DNA of 64,000 bases from the human T2T-CHM13v2.0 reference genome, Homo sapiens. The translations under genes and the position numbers were made by a program. The notes beneath the pieces are model-generated. The model ran no database searches. It worked only from the letters and a program-made list of their open reading frames with translations, and had not been told where the DNA came from. The stretch is from assembly GCF_009914755.1 (NCBI RefSeq), contig NC_060928.1; one strand, given 5' to 3'. Below are positions 28,987 through 42,330 of this stretch, piece after piece. Numbering within the stretch: position 1 is the stretch's first letter; each line of letters opens with the position of its first letter.

Positions 28987-29879
28987 AGATATTCTTAATC
29001 ACAGCTTTCAAGGCTCTTCCTCTAATTATGGAATTTCCCTTTTCATACATTTATATATGCCCCTTCCCATTTTTCTTTTTTCCCCTAAATTTGCGCTTGC
29101 TTCAGCATTTTCCAAGGCTAATGTTTCCTGCTTCAGCTACTCAATTACAAGCTGATTTTTTTTCAGGGAATATTTTTTATATTTCCATGAAGAATTTCTG
29201 GAGATGAAATTATACTTGCCCCTCCCAAAAGGCCTTGGTGGTGAGAGCTTATGAGAACTGAAACAGACCCAAAGCCTGTGTTGGAAATTAAGTAGCTGCC
29301 TACCCATCCTGCATAAGAGTCTTTGCCTCTCTCCTTACCTCCTTTCTGCTGGAGGTTTAAATATGATACACAACCAACTATTTCAGGGAACATAATTCGC
29401 CTTGATGTTTCTAAAGCAGATTAAAAGTGGCTCTTGGATCCTCCATGTAGGAATGGACAGGGAGTTCTGTACTAGACATCATTCGGGATTCTTTCCCCAC
29501 ACATTGTGATCAGCAAGATATATGGGTTCACAAGGGGCCAGAATGTCTAGAGATGATTTTGGTCCATGGATTCTGGTGTCCATCTTCATTGCTACTCCTT
29601 CAGTCCATGTGCTACACTGATGCTGCAGGCAGTGCCCAAAGCCCTTCACATAAGATGCCCAACTTTCGCTCCTTCCAACTCTTGGGACTACTTACCTTCA
29701 TTGCCTTTATGTCTAGACTCTTGAAAACATTCTTCTATCAATTATTCTTAGGAGCAAGAGAAAACCTAAGTTCTAGAAATCAAAGCCCCCCTTTTCTTTG
29801 TGAGACAAAGAAGAGAAAAATACCTTATTCCCCAGTAGTGTCTTAAATAATTACTGTGCTCGCTTTCTCTCCATTTAGA

Positions 29880-30115
29880 CATAAGAGCACTATTCTCTGG
29901 AGGGAGATGACCTGGTTTCAGATGCAGTCTAACTTTTCCTAGTTGTTTAATGTGGGAAAATGTACTTATCTTCTATAAATCTTAGTTTCTTTATTGGTCA
30001 AATGGGGATAACGGTTGTGACTATTTCTATGAAATGAACGAGTTATTGTGTATAAAGCATGTTTCTCGATGCCTGGTACCTTATAAGTACTCAATAAATA
30101 CTATCATTTTTATTA
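29880..30115 (+). mobile_element. MIR SINE
   Basis: Near full length: AGAGCAC...AAATGGGGATAA...GCCTGGTAC...AAGTACTCAATAAATA. Confidence 0.7.
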
Positions 30116-32371
30116 TCCTTCTTCAAACAAATTGTGAATCAAATACTACTAAGTATTCTGCTAGTCATTGAGGGTGCAAAGATGAAAAAAGCATGATTTC
30201 AGTCCTCAGAGAATCTAATTCTTTCTTATGAGATACACAAAACACATAGCTACTGTAACATATGGCAAGAACTCAAGAGCTTATTAAGGAACAGAGGTGG
30301 GACATCTGACCCAATTCTATAAATTTTATAGAGATTCTGTTCCTCTCAGATAACATTTTTAAAATTAAGGCTGTGTGGGAAGTCCTGGGCCACTCCGTAA
30401 AAGGCATCTTGGTACCACAAGATTTTTTGGCAGAAATCACTTCACTTTGAAAAATCTTAGCTGCTGCCTCCAAACTTGGCTCCGACCCTGCCACACAAAC
30501 CTGTTGTCTTGCGGCCAATTCCTCTCTTGGAGATCCTGTCTTGGCTTTGGCCCCTACCTAGGCCTTTGCCTTGGATTCCTTGATATTAACTTCCGTGTCT
30601 ATTTGGCCAAATGTTTGCCAGCCTGGCTCTGCTGCAGTTGGCTCTATACCTGTGAACTCAGCCAGCCACCCACATGCCTTGTGTCTGAGTATTCCTTGGT
30701 AACACCTGTCATCCTGAAAGCCTTGCTTGCGCCTTCTGGGTAGAGACAGAATCAATCTCTTCTTTAGTAATTGCCTGGATTGATTTTTAATACCTTTCCA
30801 TGCCAATGCAAGGAATTATTTGTATCTCTATGGAATGCCTTCTGCTATGAGCCACACGGTGGACTGCTAGACATGGCTGAAATTGTGCAGACATTTATTA
30901 CATCATTTAAGACATTCAAAAGAGGCTGTTGCTGAGTTTTTTTCGTGGCTTTATATATGATAAAGGACCCAGACGTTTCCCGTTGTTCTGTCTGGTCATT
31001 CTTGGCTTGTTGGTTGATGTCCTCTCATGGATTCAAAATGGATGCCATAGCTTACAGCCAGACCAGAGTCAAAACTGAAAGGGAGTGTGGCAAAAGAAAA
31101 CATTCCTTACAGGTGTGCCTCTTTTATCAGAAAGGAAAAGAAAATTCCAGAAAATTACCGATGCATTCTGTTACATTTAGTGTCTTACGTTTCATGTGAT
31201 CGTTCCTTGTCATTGTAAGAGGGCAGGAATGTATCTGGCATTGCCTCCTAGGTAGAAGATAGCATGGGAGGATGGGGTTGGAAATAGCTGATGAACAAAC
31301 AAGCAACAGTGCCTGCCACACCATTATCCAGGAATTTTGCTATGATATTAATTTTTCTTGTATGTAATTTGGCTCACATTGGGTCATGCTTCTGAATGAC
31401 AAAAGCGTTTTATAGTAATCTCATTTCATGAACTGTGTACATTTTTTCTGCCTGTCCTTGAGGATTTTAATCTTTCTATTTTTTTTAAATCCATATTTTC
31501 TCAGGTTCACAGCTTTTCACCTTTTGGGTTTAATTATTCTAACACGACAACTTTGGATACCTCAAAAGACAATAGGGCTGGTGAACAGTTTTTCATTAAC
31601 AGCAGTAAAAGTGTTAGTATAGTATTTATCTATTTTACCTATCATTATCTCTAGTAGTCATCTATTCTCTGTATAGTAAGATGCTGTCCAATTTTAAAAA
31701 GATGTGCACCATAGTTCACCCAAGCTGGGCAGTCTAAAACAGAAAGAAACTTCCCACCACAGCGCACTTGGCTTTATTTTTCTCTGCTGCTTGCTCCATT
31801 ACATCAAAAGCAAAATAAAGTATAAAACACAGTGACTACAGAGCCACAGCAGTCATTCCCACAGCTCTTTCCTTTACTCTTTGCCTGGGATGCCAGTCAC
31901 CTCAGGGGCTCCACAGTTAGTGAGCTGGAACTCATTTCACATCTGAGGAGAATAATGTTAGAAAAGCTCTCTGCATGCAGAGCAGGGCAGACCCACTCTC
32001 AGCAAGCCTTTCAGCAATGCAGCTCCAGCTTTCCTGATTTTATTGGTCACCAGCAAGCTTGTTTTTATTTTTGAACTATTTAAGAGGATACTAGTAGTAT
32101 TAGCAATACAAGCAACCCTTCATTGAATGCCTACATGTGATGGAAACTATCGCAGGTGCCTCTCTTATAATACTGTTTCCTTAATCCTCATGACAAATTT
32201 ACAAGGTAAATATTAATGTATTTTACATGAGATAAACTGACAACAAACCAAAGTAATTTAAAGGACAATGAAAAAACATTTGTCCCCGAATATTTTGGCT
32301 TTCATTTTGATCTGCCATGTGAAATTCTTTTTATTATTTTCCCTATTTCCACACTCGAGAGATCTCCTTCG

Positions 32372-32683
32372 TGTTAAATTGAGTTCCTTAGAAGCAGAAA
32401 CTGAAATTGGATTCTTGTAAAAAGTGATTTATTAAGGGAGGATCTCAGAAGAAAGGGCATGAAGGAAGCAGGTTAGGCAGGGAAGAAAGCGAAACAAGGT
32501 AGTCATCTTGGCTAGAAGCCAGCGCCAGCCCAGACGCTGGAGATGGTCTGGAATACAAATTGTAGCATGTATTTGGCCTCACCTGTCTTTGGCCACTGGC
32601 TGTGAGCTTTTAGAAGCCAATATTTCAGTAGCTTGGGGGTGCATCAGCCAGCATTACTAAGGGGTCTGGGAACATTCACTACA
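32372..32683 (-). mobile_element. LTR16-like ERVL LTR
   Basis: TGAGTTCCTTAGAAGCAGAAACTGA...GATTTATTAAGGGAG resembles the reverse-strand LTR16 end. Confidence 0.55.
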
Positions 32684-33910
32684 GTTCACCTCTTGCACTC
32701 TTCAGATGTATCTGCTTCCTTCCATTAAGTTTATTGCATCCAAGCACAGCCTTGTCACAGTTAATGGGAGAGTTAGTGGGATAAATTACAGTTCCCACAC
32801 TGCTGTTGGCTTTGAAATGATAGCTGATAATCTTCCACTATCCATTTTAGACACCTCTCCTCTTAGCTAGCACTTCTACTCAATTAGGTGGCTCACATGG
32901 TTGCCCTGTATTTTCAGTCCCTGTAGAGTCTGAGCTCTGAGCATTATGTCCTTCTCAGGAAGTAGCTGCTGTACTTGCTGACTCACTGCTAGACCCATGA
33001 ATACCAAGAGAGGCCCTGAGTGCCAAACAGACATATTTCTCCCTGCTCCTTATATGTAGTAGCAGTTCTACTCCCTCATGACAGTCATGGTCAGTTAACC
33101 TTGCCGGTATTTTAACTGCTTTTTAGGCTATCTAGATTACTATCATGATGAGCCCAAAGTGACTAGATGTCAGCTATAACTTTAAGTTTAGTGGAACTCT
33201 TACTGCATTGCTTGGGGGAAAAGCTCCGTTCTGGGATCAAGGACTTGGACTCTGAATGCCTAACATTGCAGAGAAAATCACAATCCTCCATGTGAGTGAC
33301 TGGGAGTAATGGTGAATATGCTCCTACAGCTTCCCATTGGTTCCTGGATCCATGAATTCTAGCCATTGGCAATGTAGCACCACATAATAACCACTGGTTT
33401 AGGTATAAGTGGCATCCTGAAGAGTGATGCTGCCTTCCTACAGGGGGGTCATCTCCTGAACTGATGCATCAGCCACACCTTCGAGATGCTACTCTAAAGC
33501 TCTAGCAGGTGGCAGGTCTGCATGGCATGATGCCTGGCAGGGCCAGTGTTCCTTCCTGTTTGTATTGCTCACTTGAGCTCTCTGAACCTGCTTGAGCCTG
33601 AGCTTAGATAAGCCACCTTTATTTTACACTGAATTGCTGCTATACCTGCCTGACCTTGTGAGTATGACGGTATACATGTTATGGTACTGACAGGTAGTTG
33701 TAACGGTCTGGTAGGGTAGATGCTGAGTTTCTACCAGGGCCGAGGTCATGCCAGAAGCTGCTTTTAAATACTGTGTAGCTATCTCCTGCATCTTGCCTGG
33801 GCTTGAACCAGAACCCTAGGAGTTGGTGCTGTGACTTTTCGGTTGAAGCTGGCCAGAGACTCCAGATGGTGACCTTCTTTACCACAGATAACTTTAGTGA
33901 CATCTGATTT
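32684..33910 (-). mobile_element. ERVL internal (pol: RNase H / integrase-region) remnant adjoining the LTR
   Basis: Minus ORFs contain IWSLWPASTEKSQHQLLGFWFK and ARIHGSRNQ, resembling ERV-L pol motifs VWSLWQAPIGESQRRPLGFWSK and ARIHGSGNQGVE. Confidence 0.7.
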
Positions 33911-34336
33911 GCAGAATTGTGTGCAGTAAGCTTCATATTTTCTTGTATTTTAGCCTGCAGCTATTGCAAAGTCCTTCTATTTGTTAGTTCTACTCAAAAC
34001 AAGTAATCTTCTATGCCTATTTATAAATGGATTCTAAAACCTGAAGAGGGATGGGGGATGCGCATCAAAACATCTACTACATGGTGTTAACACAAAATTA
34101 GATTATCTGCAGACAACAAGGAATGGTGGTGAGCGGAGAAAAAATCACAATTTAGGAGACTGGGATGTCTGAACAAATTGCATGAATACAGGCAATGAAA
34201 GGCAGACACATTTTGATAGAAATGAGAAAGGAGAATATTGGTTGCCAGGGATTCTGAGTAGCCAGGGCCCTTTCCTGTGGGAATTGGCAGTGGTGTGCTG
34301 GAGAGAGGAGTGTTAAATATGAAGAAATTTGGCACA

Positions 34337-34661
34337 TGTTGTGCCCAAACCCTACTGAGTCCAGTGGAGATGGCACCAGGTTCAAGAAGCCTACGAAGAG
34401 ATCCAGAGCCAGCAAACAAGACATAGGGTTTATTGAGGACTTACATGCGGGGATGCCCCAGTGGTTGTGAGCTGAACAGGAGAATCACAACTGCTTGTAA
34501 AAAGCAAACGCTTTAGATAGCATCTTCACTTAGCACCCTTTCCCCAGTAACCTCTACGTGGCAACCCTCATTCCTTAAGTTATTGCTGCAGGTGCATCTG
34601 CCATACAGGGTAATTCTTAAGCCATGCTTAAATTATTGCTGTCAGATTTGTCTAACATACA
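34337..34661 (-). mobile_element. ERV solo LTR (LTR47-like; family uncertain)
   Basis: TG...CA termini; reverse poly(A) signal TTTATT at 34430; GATGGCACCAGGTTCAAGA...CCAGAGCCAGCAAAC motif. Confidence 0.5.
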
Positions 34662-35109
34662 GAAAATAAGTTATTAAACCCTTGACAGTTCGAAATGGGC
34701 CTTGGTGGCAGTTTTATATGTCATAAAAAATTAGTGAAGACTACAAATTAAGGCTCCCCCATACCCCGAAGTTAGTTTACCCGCACATCTCTGGAAGTGG
34801 GGATACTAGAAAGTTTCTAAGGACAATATCAAAAAAGAAAAAGGAACAAAACAAACAGAAAACACAAACAAAACACAAAACAAACTCTTCATATTTAATA
34901 ATGTATCCTGGAGCCAGAGCTCGTCCCTGCACATTTTCCTTTTTCTAAAATGCAATCAGAAAGTGCCATCTGGTTAGCCAATTTTTAGGGTCATTATTGT
35001 TATTTTCTCATTAAAAAATCCATTTACCTCCTGGTTAGTAACTTTACGTCTATGTTGCAGTATGAAATATGAAGAAACTCTTCCTATTTTCTTTTCCAGC
35101 CTCCAGTCT

Positions 35110-36580
35110 TGCCCTCAGCTAATCTGTTCATCATCCAATTGTAACTCTGATCATGTTACTCCCCTGCTAAAAACAAACCATGTTTCTCTGTAGCATTTAT
35201 ACATAAAATCAAACTTCTTAATCTGGTGTATTAGCCTGAGTCCCTCTCAAAAGCCAAGTGTGAATAAAGACTTGTGTAGGGTAGGAGGGAGGGATGAAGG
35301 CATTTTCAAGAGGGAAGGAGGAAAAGCCAATACAGATGTGTATTAGTCTGTTCCCACACTGCTATAAAGATACTCCCCGAGACTGGGTAATTTACAAAGG
35401 AAAGAGGTTTAATTGACTCATAGTTCCACATGGCTGGGGAGGCCTCAGGAAACTTACAATCATAGCAGAAGGAGAAGCAAGTACATCTTACATGGCAGCA
35501 GACGAGAGGGAAGAGTGTGAAGGAGGAAGTTGCCAAACACTTAAAATCATCAGATCTCACGAGAACTCACTATCACCAGAACGGCATGGGGGAAACCACC
35601 CCCAAGATCCAATCACCTCCCATCAGGTTCCTCCCTCAACAACTGGGGAATACAATTCAAGATGAGATTTGGGTGGGGACACAAAGCCTAAACATAACAC
35701 AACGTGTATTGATTACTGCTATGAACCACATGGATTTGATCCTGCGTCTCTCCAGGGCCTTCTGAGGAATATTTAGAATGACTTTCAGAATCTACACCAC
35801 CCAGCAATAACAGGGAGATGCATTTATGGACTTTCTCTCATTTTTCTAAAGAGCTGCCCCAAGAGATCTATCCACTTATACTCCTGGGCTACATATGCTG
35901 AGTGGGCTTCCGTGAATGCCCCATGGAGGAGTCAGAAAAAGCACAGGATAGAAAATAAATGATTCAGGTCATAAGCTCTCAGCAAGTTTCTATTAGTACA
36001 AACTGCGCATAAAACTGTTTATTGAAGCTGTGGCTGGAATTCAGCATGAGGCCTGGAGGGTGTGAGATGGAACAAAAGATGCAGCTGACCCACGTGGCAT
36101 ATAAGCTGTCCTTGATTTTCCATTCTGACTCCTCCAGTCTTATCGCTGGACACACTCTCCCTTACAGCACATATATACCAATACAGGTATCCTAAACGTA
36201 CTTTGCTATTTTATATTGTCTGATTCTTTTTGGAAGGGGAGTGCATGCTGATTTTGATTCTTGAAATGCTGCCACTTTTTTTCTCTCGGTTGGTTTAATC
36301 TTTTAGACTAACTCCAGATGTGACTCTTTGCTGGAAGTTTCCATGGTTCTCCTCTTAGTGTTAAGTCTTCTATAGCTCTTGTAACACCCATATTATAGCT
36401 CTACAAAAGCCCTTATTACAACATACTGTAACTCTAACACAGAAATCTGTTTACTACCCAGCTTCCCCACATGTCTGTGAGGGACTGTATTTTTTATTTT
36501 CATATCCTGAGTGCCTAGCATAGTACTTGGCTACATCATAAATGCTCCATAAATACCTGTGGACTAAATGAATGAATACA
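35110..36580 (+). mobile_element. L2a 3' end split by an LTR16-like LTR (~35226-36092, minus strand)
   Basis: TCTGATCATGTTACTCCCCTGCT... before the LTR; ...GTGCCTAGCATAGTACTTGGC...AAATGAATGAAT after it. Confidence 0.6.
35339..35699 (-). mobile_element. THE1D/MSTA solo LTR
   Basis: TGTATTAGTCTGTTC...GAGATTTGGGTGGGGACACA...AACA. Confidence 0.9.
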
Positions 36581-37039
36581 TTCTGATATGCAATGGATGG
36601 CTAAGCTGGTATATTACAAAAAAGGAAAATCCAATCTAATTTTAGGCCATTCCAAAGCAATTGAAGCATGAATACATTTTGAAAGAAGTTTACTAGGTTT
36701 CCAAATATGCCTCTAATACATATAATCAAAAAAGCAATAGCAACAAAAGTGTATAAAATCAAACAATAAATCAGTACTAATGAACATACAACTTCTGCTG
36801 TCAAGAATTCAGTAGAGATAAGACACACACGTATCAAACGATGAATAAGAATAAAAGGGGGAAATACACTGCAATATGAAATATTGCAAGATAGTATGGG
36901 TGAACAGGAAAATAAGTAGCAGAAAATATATATTCTCTGATATCAGAGAATTCTGAGATTTTCTGGTGATAGAAGGGCAACTAGGTTTCCAAGCAGCAGA
37001 TAGGACTTTAATTAAACAGTGTGTGTAGTGATTTACAGC

Positions 37040-37240
37040 AGTGACTATGGGGAAAGAAAAATCCCTAGGCTCAAACTTCTAGATCATGTACACCCATTAG
37101 CTGTGAAATCTTGGGCAAAATCTAGTTACCTCATCTGTAAATTGATGCTAGTAATTATAACTAATTCATGTGGTTAGTGTGAGGATTAAATTCATTAACA
37201 CATGTATATAGATTAGAGCAGTACCTGGCATATAACACTT
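37040..37240 (+). mobile_element. MIR SINE
   Basis: AGCTGTGAAATCTTGGGCAA...CCTCATCTGTAAA...GTGAGGATTAAAT...CCTGGCATATA. Confidence 0.75.
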
Positions 37241-38182
37241 CTGTTACATGTGATATAACTTACATTAAAAATGGGGAAGTTAGTCTTTTAGCAGAAACAT
37301 AAGGTATGTTTAAGAGCCAGTGAGGGGATTAGTTTACTTGCAGCAGAGGGTTTATGTGGGAAAATGATGGGAGATAAAATTGGAAAGCTGTTCTGAGTTC
37401 TTAGTGAGGATTCAAAAAGTGAGCCAGTAACAAGAGCAAACAAAGATAGGGTGAATGTATATCTTGGTTTTCCCTGGATAATTGACATTTAATGATTGTC
37501 AATTGTCCAGGTATAGTTATCAGAGCAACTTTCATTATCCAGTGTCTTGTTTTGATAAAAATATTCAAAAAATGGGTATTTAAACAAGAGTCATGGGGAT
37601 TTGAGGAGATTATCCGGCATAAATGTGTAAGATGCATTGAAGGAGAGCAGTTTGTAGGTTAGGAAGAAACCACTGCATGTTTATTTAAAATCGTATTTGT
37701 TTCCATAGAATTACAAAGACTTAGTATTGAAAAGGACCTGAAGATAATCAGGTGGAATTCATGCTTCATTTTTTATATTGACACATTGTGATTTGCTTTC
37801 AATACATTTGGAAATGTTCAAAGAAGTATGTGAACTTGAACCCTTTATGGAAGTAAAACAACCATGGGAGGAAGTCAATGCTCATTGCATGTAAACTAGC
37901 ACAGCTCATGTGTACAGGAAGTTTCTTACTTCATATTTAAATGATAGCCCTGAACAATTTTCATATGCCAGGTTTGGAGTTCTGTTCATTAGTCAATAGT
38001 TTAGTTTCAGCAGTGACAAGACCATTATATATTCATGTATGTGCAGAGATTGCAACATTTTCTATACTTTGCCCTTATTATCTTATAAAAAGTATTGGGA
38101 CATTGGGAAACTAAAGTGCTGATCCTAGTGATATGAAATATAAATCTCATCACTTTAGTGAGGAAAAATTTTAAATCATTAG

Positions 38183-40496
38183 TGTTATGGTTTGGCTCTA
38201 TGTCCCCACCTAAATTGCACCTCGAATTGTAATAATCTCCATGTGTCAAGGGTGGGACACATGTAGATAATTGAATCATGGGAGCAGTTTCCCCTCTAGT
38301 GTCTCATGATAGTGAGTGAGTTATAATAAGATCTGATGGTTTTATAAGGGGGTTTTATAAGTGAAGAGGGGTTTCCCTTTTCACTTGGCACTCATTCTCT
38401 GTCCTGCTGCCCTATGAAGAGGTGTCTTCCACCACGATTGTAAGTTTCCTGAGGACTCTCCAGCCATGCAGAACTGTGAGTCAATTAAACCTGTTTTCTT
38501 TATAAATTACCCAGTCTCAGGCATTTCTTCACAGCAGGGCAAGACTGAACTAATACAATAAATCAGTACCAGGAGTGGGGCACTGCTGTAAAGATACCAA
38601 AAAATGTGGAAGTGTCTTTGGAACTGAGTAACAGGAACAAGTTGGAACACTTTGGAGGGCTCAGAAGAAGACAGGAAGATGTAGGAAAGTTTGGAACTTC
38701 TTAGAGACTTGTTGAATGGTTTTGACCAAAATGCTGATAGTGAGATTGACAATGAAGTCCAGGCTGAGGGGGTCTCAGATGGAGATGAGAAACTTCTTGG
38801 GAACTGGAGCAAAGGTGACCTCGCTACGCTTAACAACGAGACTGGCAGCATTTTGCATGTGCTCTAGAGATCTGTGGAACTTTGAACTAAAGAGAAATGA
38901 TTTAGATTTAGGTTATCTGGCAGAAGAAATTTCTAAGTGGCAAAGCATTCAAGAGGAATTGGAGCATGAAAGTTTAGAAAATTTGCAGCCTGATGAAGAG
39001 ATAGAAAAGAAAAACCCATTTTCTGGGGAGCAATTCAAGCCTTCTGCAGAAATTTGCATAAGTAACCAAAAGCCTGAATCTTAATCACCAAGCCAATGGG
39101 GAAAATATCACCAGGTCATGTCAGAGACCTTCATGGCAGCCTGTCCCATCACAGGTGCAGAAACCTAGGAGGGAAAAATGGTTTTGTGGGCTGAGCCCAG
39201 GGCCCCCGCTTCTCTATACAGCCTCAGGACATTGTGCCCTGCATCCCAGCTGCTTCAGCTCCAGTGAGGCTAAAAGGGGTCAATGTATAGCTCACACCAT
39301 TGCTTCAGAGGATGAAAGCCCCAAGCCTTGGTGGCTTACATGTTGTGTTGGGCCTGCAGGTGCACAGACATCAAGAATTGAGGTTTGGGAATCTCCACCT
39401 AGATTTCAGAGGATGTATGAAAATGACTGGATTTCCAGGCAGAAGTTTGCTACAGGTGCAGAGCCCTCAAGGAGAACCTCTGCTAGGGCAGTGTGGAAGG
39501 GAAATGTGGGGTGGGAGCCCCCACAGAAGTCCCCACTTGGGCACTGCCTAGTGGAGCTGTGAGAAGACAGCCACCATCCTCCAATCCCTAGAGTGATAGA
39601 TCCACTGACATCTTACACCCTGCACCTGGAAAAGTGGAAACACTCAACATCAGCCTATGAAAGCAGCTGGGAGGGGGGCTGTATCCTGCAAAGCCACAGG
39701 GGTGGAGCTGCCCAAGGCCATGGGAGCCCACCTCTTGCATCAGCATGATCTGGATGTGAGACATGGAGTCAAAGAAGATCATTTTGGAACTTTAAGGTTT
39801 AATAACTGCCCTATTGAATTTTGAACTTGCATGGGGGCTGTAGCCCCTTTGTTTTGGCCAATTTCTCCCATTTGGAGTGGCTGTATTTACCCAGCACCTG
39901 TACCTTCATTGTATCTGGGAAGTAACTAACTTGCTTTTGATTTTACAGGCTCATAGGTGAAAGGGACTTGCTTTATCTCTGATGGGACTTTGGACTTGGA
40001 CTTTTGAGTTAAGACTTTAGGGGACTGTTGGAAGGGCAGGATTGTGTTTTTAAATGTGAGGACATGAGATTTGGGAGGGTTTAGGGTTGTAATGATATGG
40101 CTTGGGTCTTTGTCCCCACCCAACTCCCACCTTGAATTGTAATAATCCCCATGTGTTGTGCTTGCTTTGGCAGCATATATAATAATCTCCATGTGTCAAA
40201 ACTGGGACCAGGTGGAGATAATTGAATCATGGGGGCAGTTTCCCCCATGCTGTTCTCATGATAGTGAGTGAGTTCTAATGTGATCTGATGGTTTTATAAG
40301 GGGCTTCTCCCTTTGCTTGACTCTCATTTTCTCTCCTGTCACCCTCTAAAGAGGTGTCTTCCGCCATGATTGTAAGTTTCCTGAGGCCTTGTAAGTTCCC
40401 CAGCCATGTGGAACTGTGAGTCAATTAAACCTCTTTCTTTATAAATTACTCAGTCTTGGGGATTTCTTCATAGCAGCATGAGAATGAACTAATACA
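38183..40496 (+). mobile_element. Complete THE1 (C/D-like) MaLR provirus: 5' LTR 38183-38557, internal 38558-40092, 3' LTR 40093-40496
   Basis: Two homologous LTRs (TG.TATGG...CTAATACA); typical ~1.5-kb THE1-int; TSD ATTAG / ATTTG (4/5). Confidence 0.95.
40158..40181 (+). pseudogene. U6 snRNA 5' fragment (tailless retropseudogene)
   Basis: GTGCTTGCTTTGGCAGCATATATA vs U6 nt 1-24 GTGCTCGCTTCGGCAGCACATATA (21/24, all C>T); flanked by an 18-bp duplication. Confidence 0.85.
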
Positions 40497-41849
40497 ATTT
40501 GCTACGTTCAGAGAAACAAACCTGTAGTCTCAGTCTAGTGTTGAGTGGGCACTCCCTGGGCAGCAGTAAAAGAGGCGGGGTAAACCTGCGGTAAACCTTG
40601 CTAACTTGCACCCACTTAAATCTGGTTTGATCCAATGTACAGCTTGTCATCATAGCAAAGAATGGGATGGGAACGATGCAAGGCCATGAAAATCTGAAGT
40701 GGTATGTGAGAGGCATGTGACACAAAGTCTTCTTCAGATTGCACCAGCATTTTCATTTCACTTGCACTGACTATTTTTCCTAGAGCTCATTTTCTTCACA
40801 GATTTGGAATCAATTAGGGTGTGTAGGATTGTCTTTAATGAAAAGATATTTTTCTCTTTCTCTCTTTTTTTTCCTCCTTTTTTAGTAGTTTTTAGTATCT
40901 CCACCCAGTCTGGAACTATATCTTAAATGGTGATTTAAGACTTTTGTTTTGTGGTGATACAGGGTATGTCTCAGATCCTGTTACAAAACAACAGAGTAGC
41001 TTGGCTCAGGTCCTATTTGCAAAGCTCTGTGTGTATCTTGACACGTCTCATATAAGCTGCATTTCTATATATCTAGTGAGTTCATTTTTTTTGTACCTGT
41101 CATGAGATGATGAGTCATAGCCCAGTCCCATTTCAAGCAGTGATTCTGGCTTCAGTCCATTGCTGTGGAGCCTATGGTTGGAGCCTATAGATGCTTCATC
41201 CTTGCCTATTACTTTGTTTCTGTTTCATTTCTAATCCTTAACATGAATGTCATGTTTAGATTTTTTTAAGATTTTACTCTTTTTTTATTTTACCTCCCAT
41301 TGCTAGGTACTTGGAACTTTGGGTTGGAGGCACATCTAAACTTAGAGTTACAATGCCATCTTGACTGGACATCTCTTGGAAAAATGACTTTGAACAGACA
41401 ATTTTATTCCCAGCCAAGCTACTAATCTAGTATAAGAATAGAACAAAAAATTCCATATGTTTGAAGATTCAAGAGGGTTTACCTTTCTTACATCATTTCA
41501 GAAAAAAAAAAAAAGATTACTGAAGCATGTGCTTTTGTAAAACAGAAAGTTATAAGCAGGGAAATAAGATTTGGAACTCAAGAAATACTGGATGCAACTC
41601 AGGAAAACAGTAAAGGAAGATACCATGATGAAAGCCCTCAGCAGACCCAGAGAGCAATTGGTCCAGACTGGATTAATTCATTTAGCCTTCATTAAAGGCT
41701 AAATGGTAGTTAAAGGGAAGTTTTCAGGCACAAAGAGGACCACCTAAGAAAACAGTAAGTTATAAACACCAGGTAGAACTACACAAGCTAAAAAATAGTC
41801 ATGATTCAAATGTTAAGCAAATGAATATCTGTCATTTTTTGAGATAATA

Positions 41850-42330
41850 TCGCCTTAACCTTTTGTTGTTTTTCATACCATTGACATTGTGAAAATCATA
41901 GGCCAATTATTTGATACAATATCTTTTAATTTGGATTTATCTGATATTTCCTCCTAATTAGATTCAGGGTACATAAACATTCTTGTCTGGAATATTATAT
42001 GAATGATGTTGCATTCTTCTGGGGGCATAATATCTGAAGGCGCACAATTTCCGTTCACTCCCTATTAGTAATACTAATTTTCATCATTTTACTATGGTAT
42101 TATCCAATTTCTCTACTGTACAGCCATTTTCCCCAATGTAATTAATAAATAATTTGTTGGGAGATACTTTTAGGCTATGTAAATAATCTGTTCCTCATCA
42201 AAGTTCTACATCCAAGATTAAGTATCTATTGATTATTTTTGCCTGAATCAGTTTTTAGAATGAAGTTTGCAAGATGATGATTTCTTCCCTATGGTTATTA
42301 GTCCGTAATTTTATGTAAGGAAGAACCTTA
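41850..42330 (-). mobile_element. L1MC/L1ME 3' fragment
   Basis: TTTAATTTGGATTTATCTGATATTTCCTC...ATTAGATTCAGG...TAATTAATAAATAATTTGTTGGGAGATACTTT. Confidence 0.6.

Noticed and set aside
38507-39782. Several 60-135-aa ORFs
   Set aside because: Fragments of the decayed THE1 internal region, not host genes
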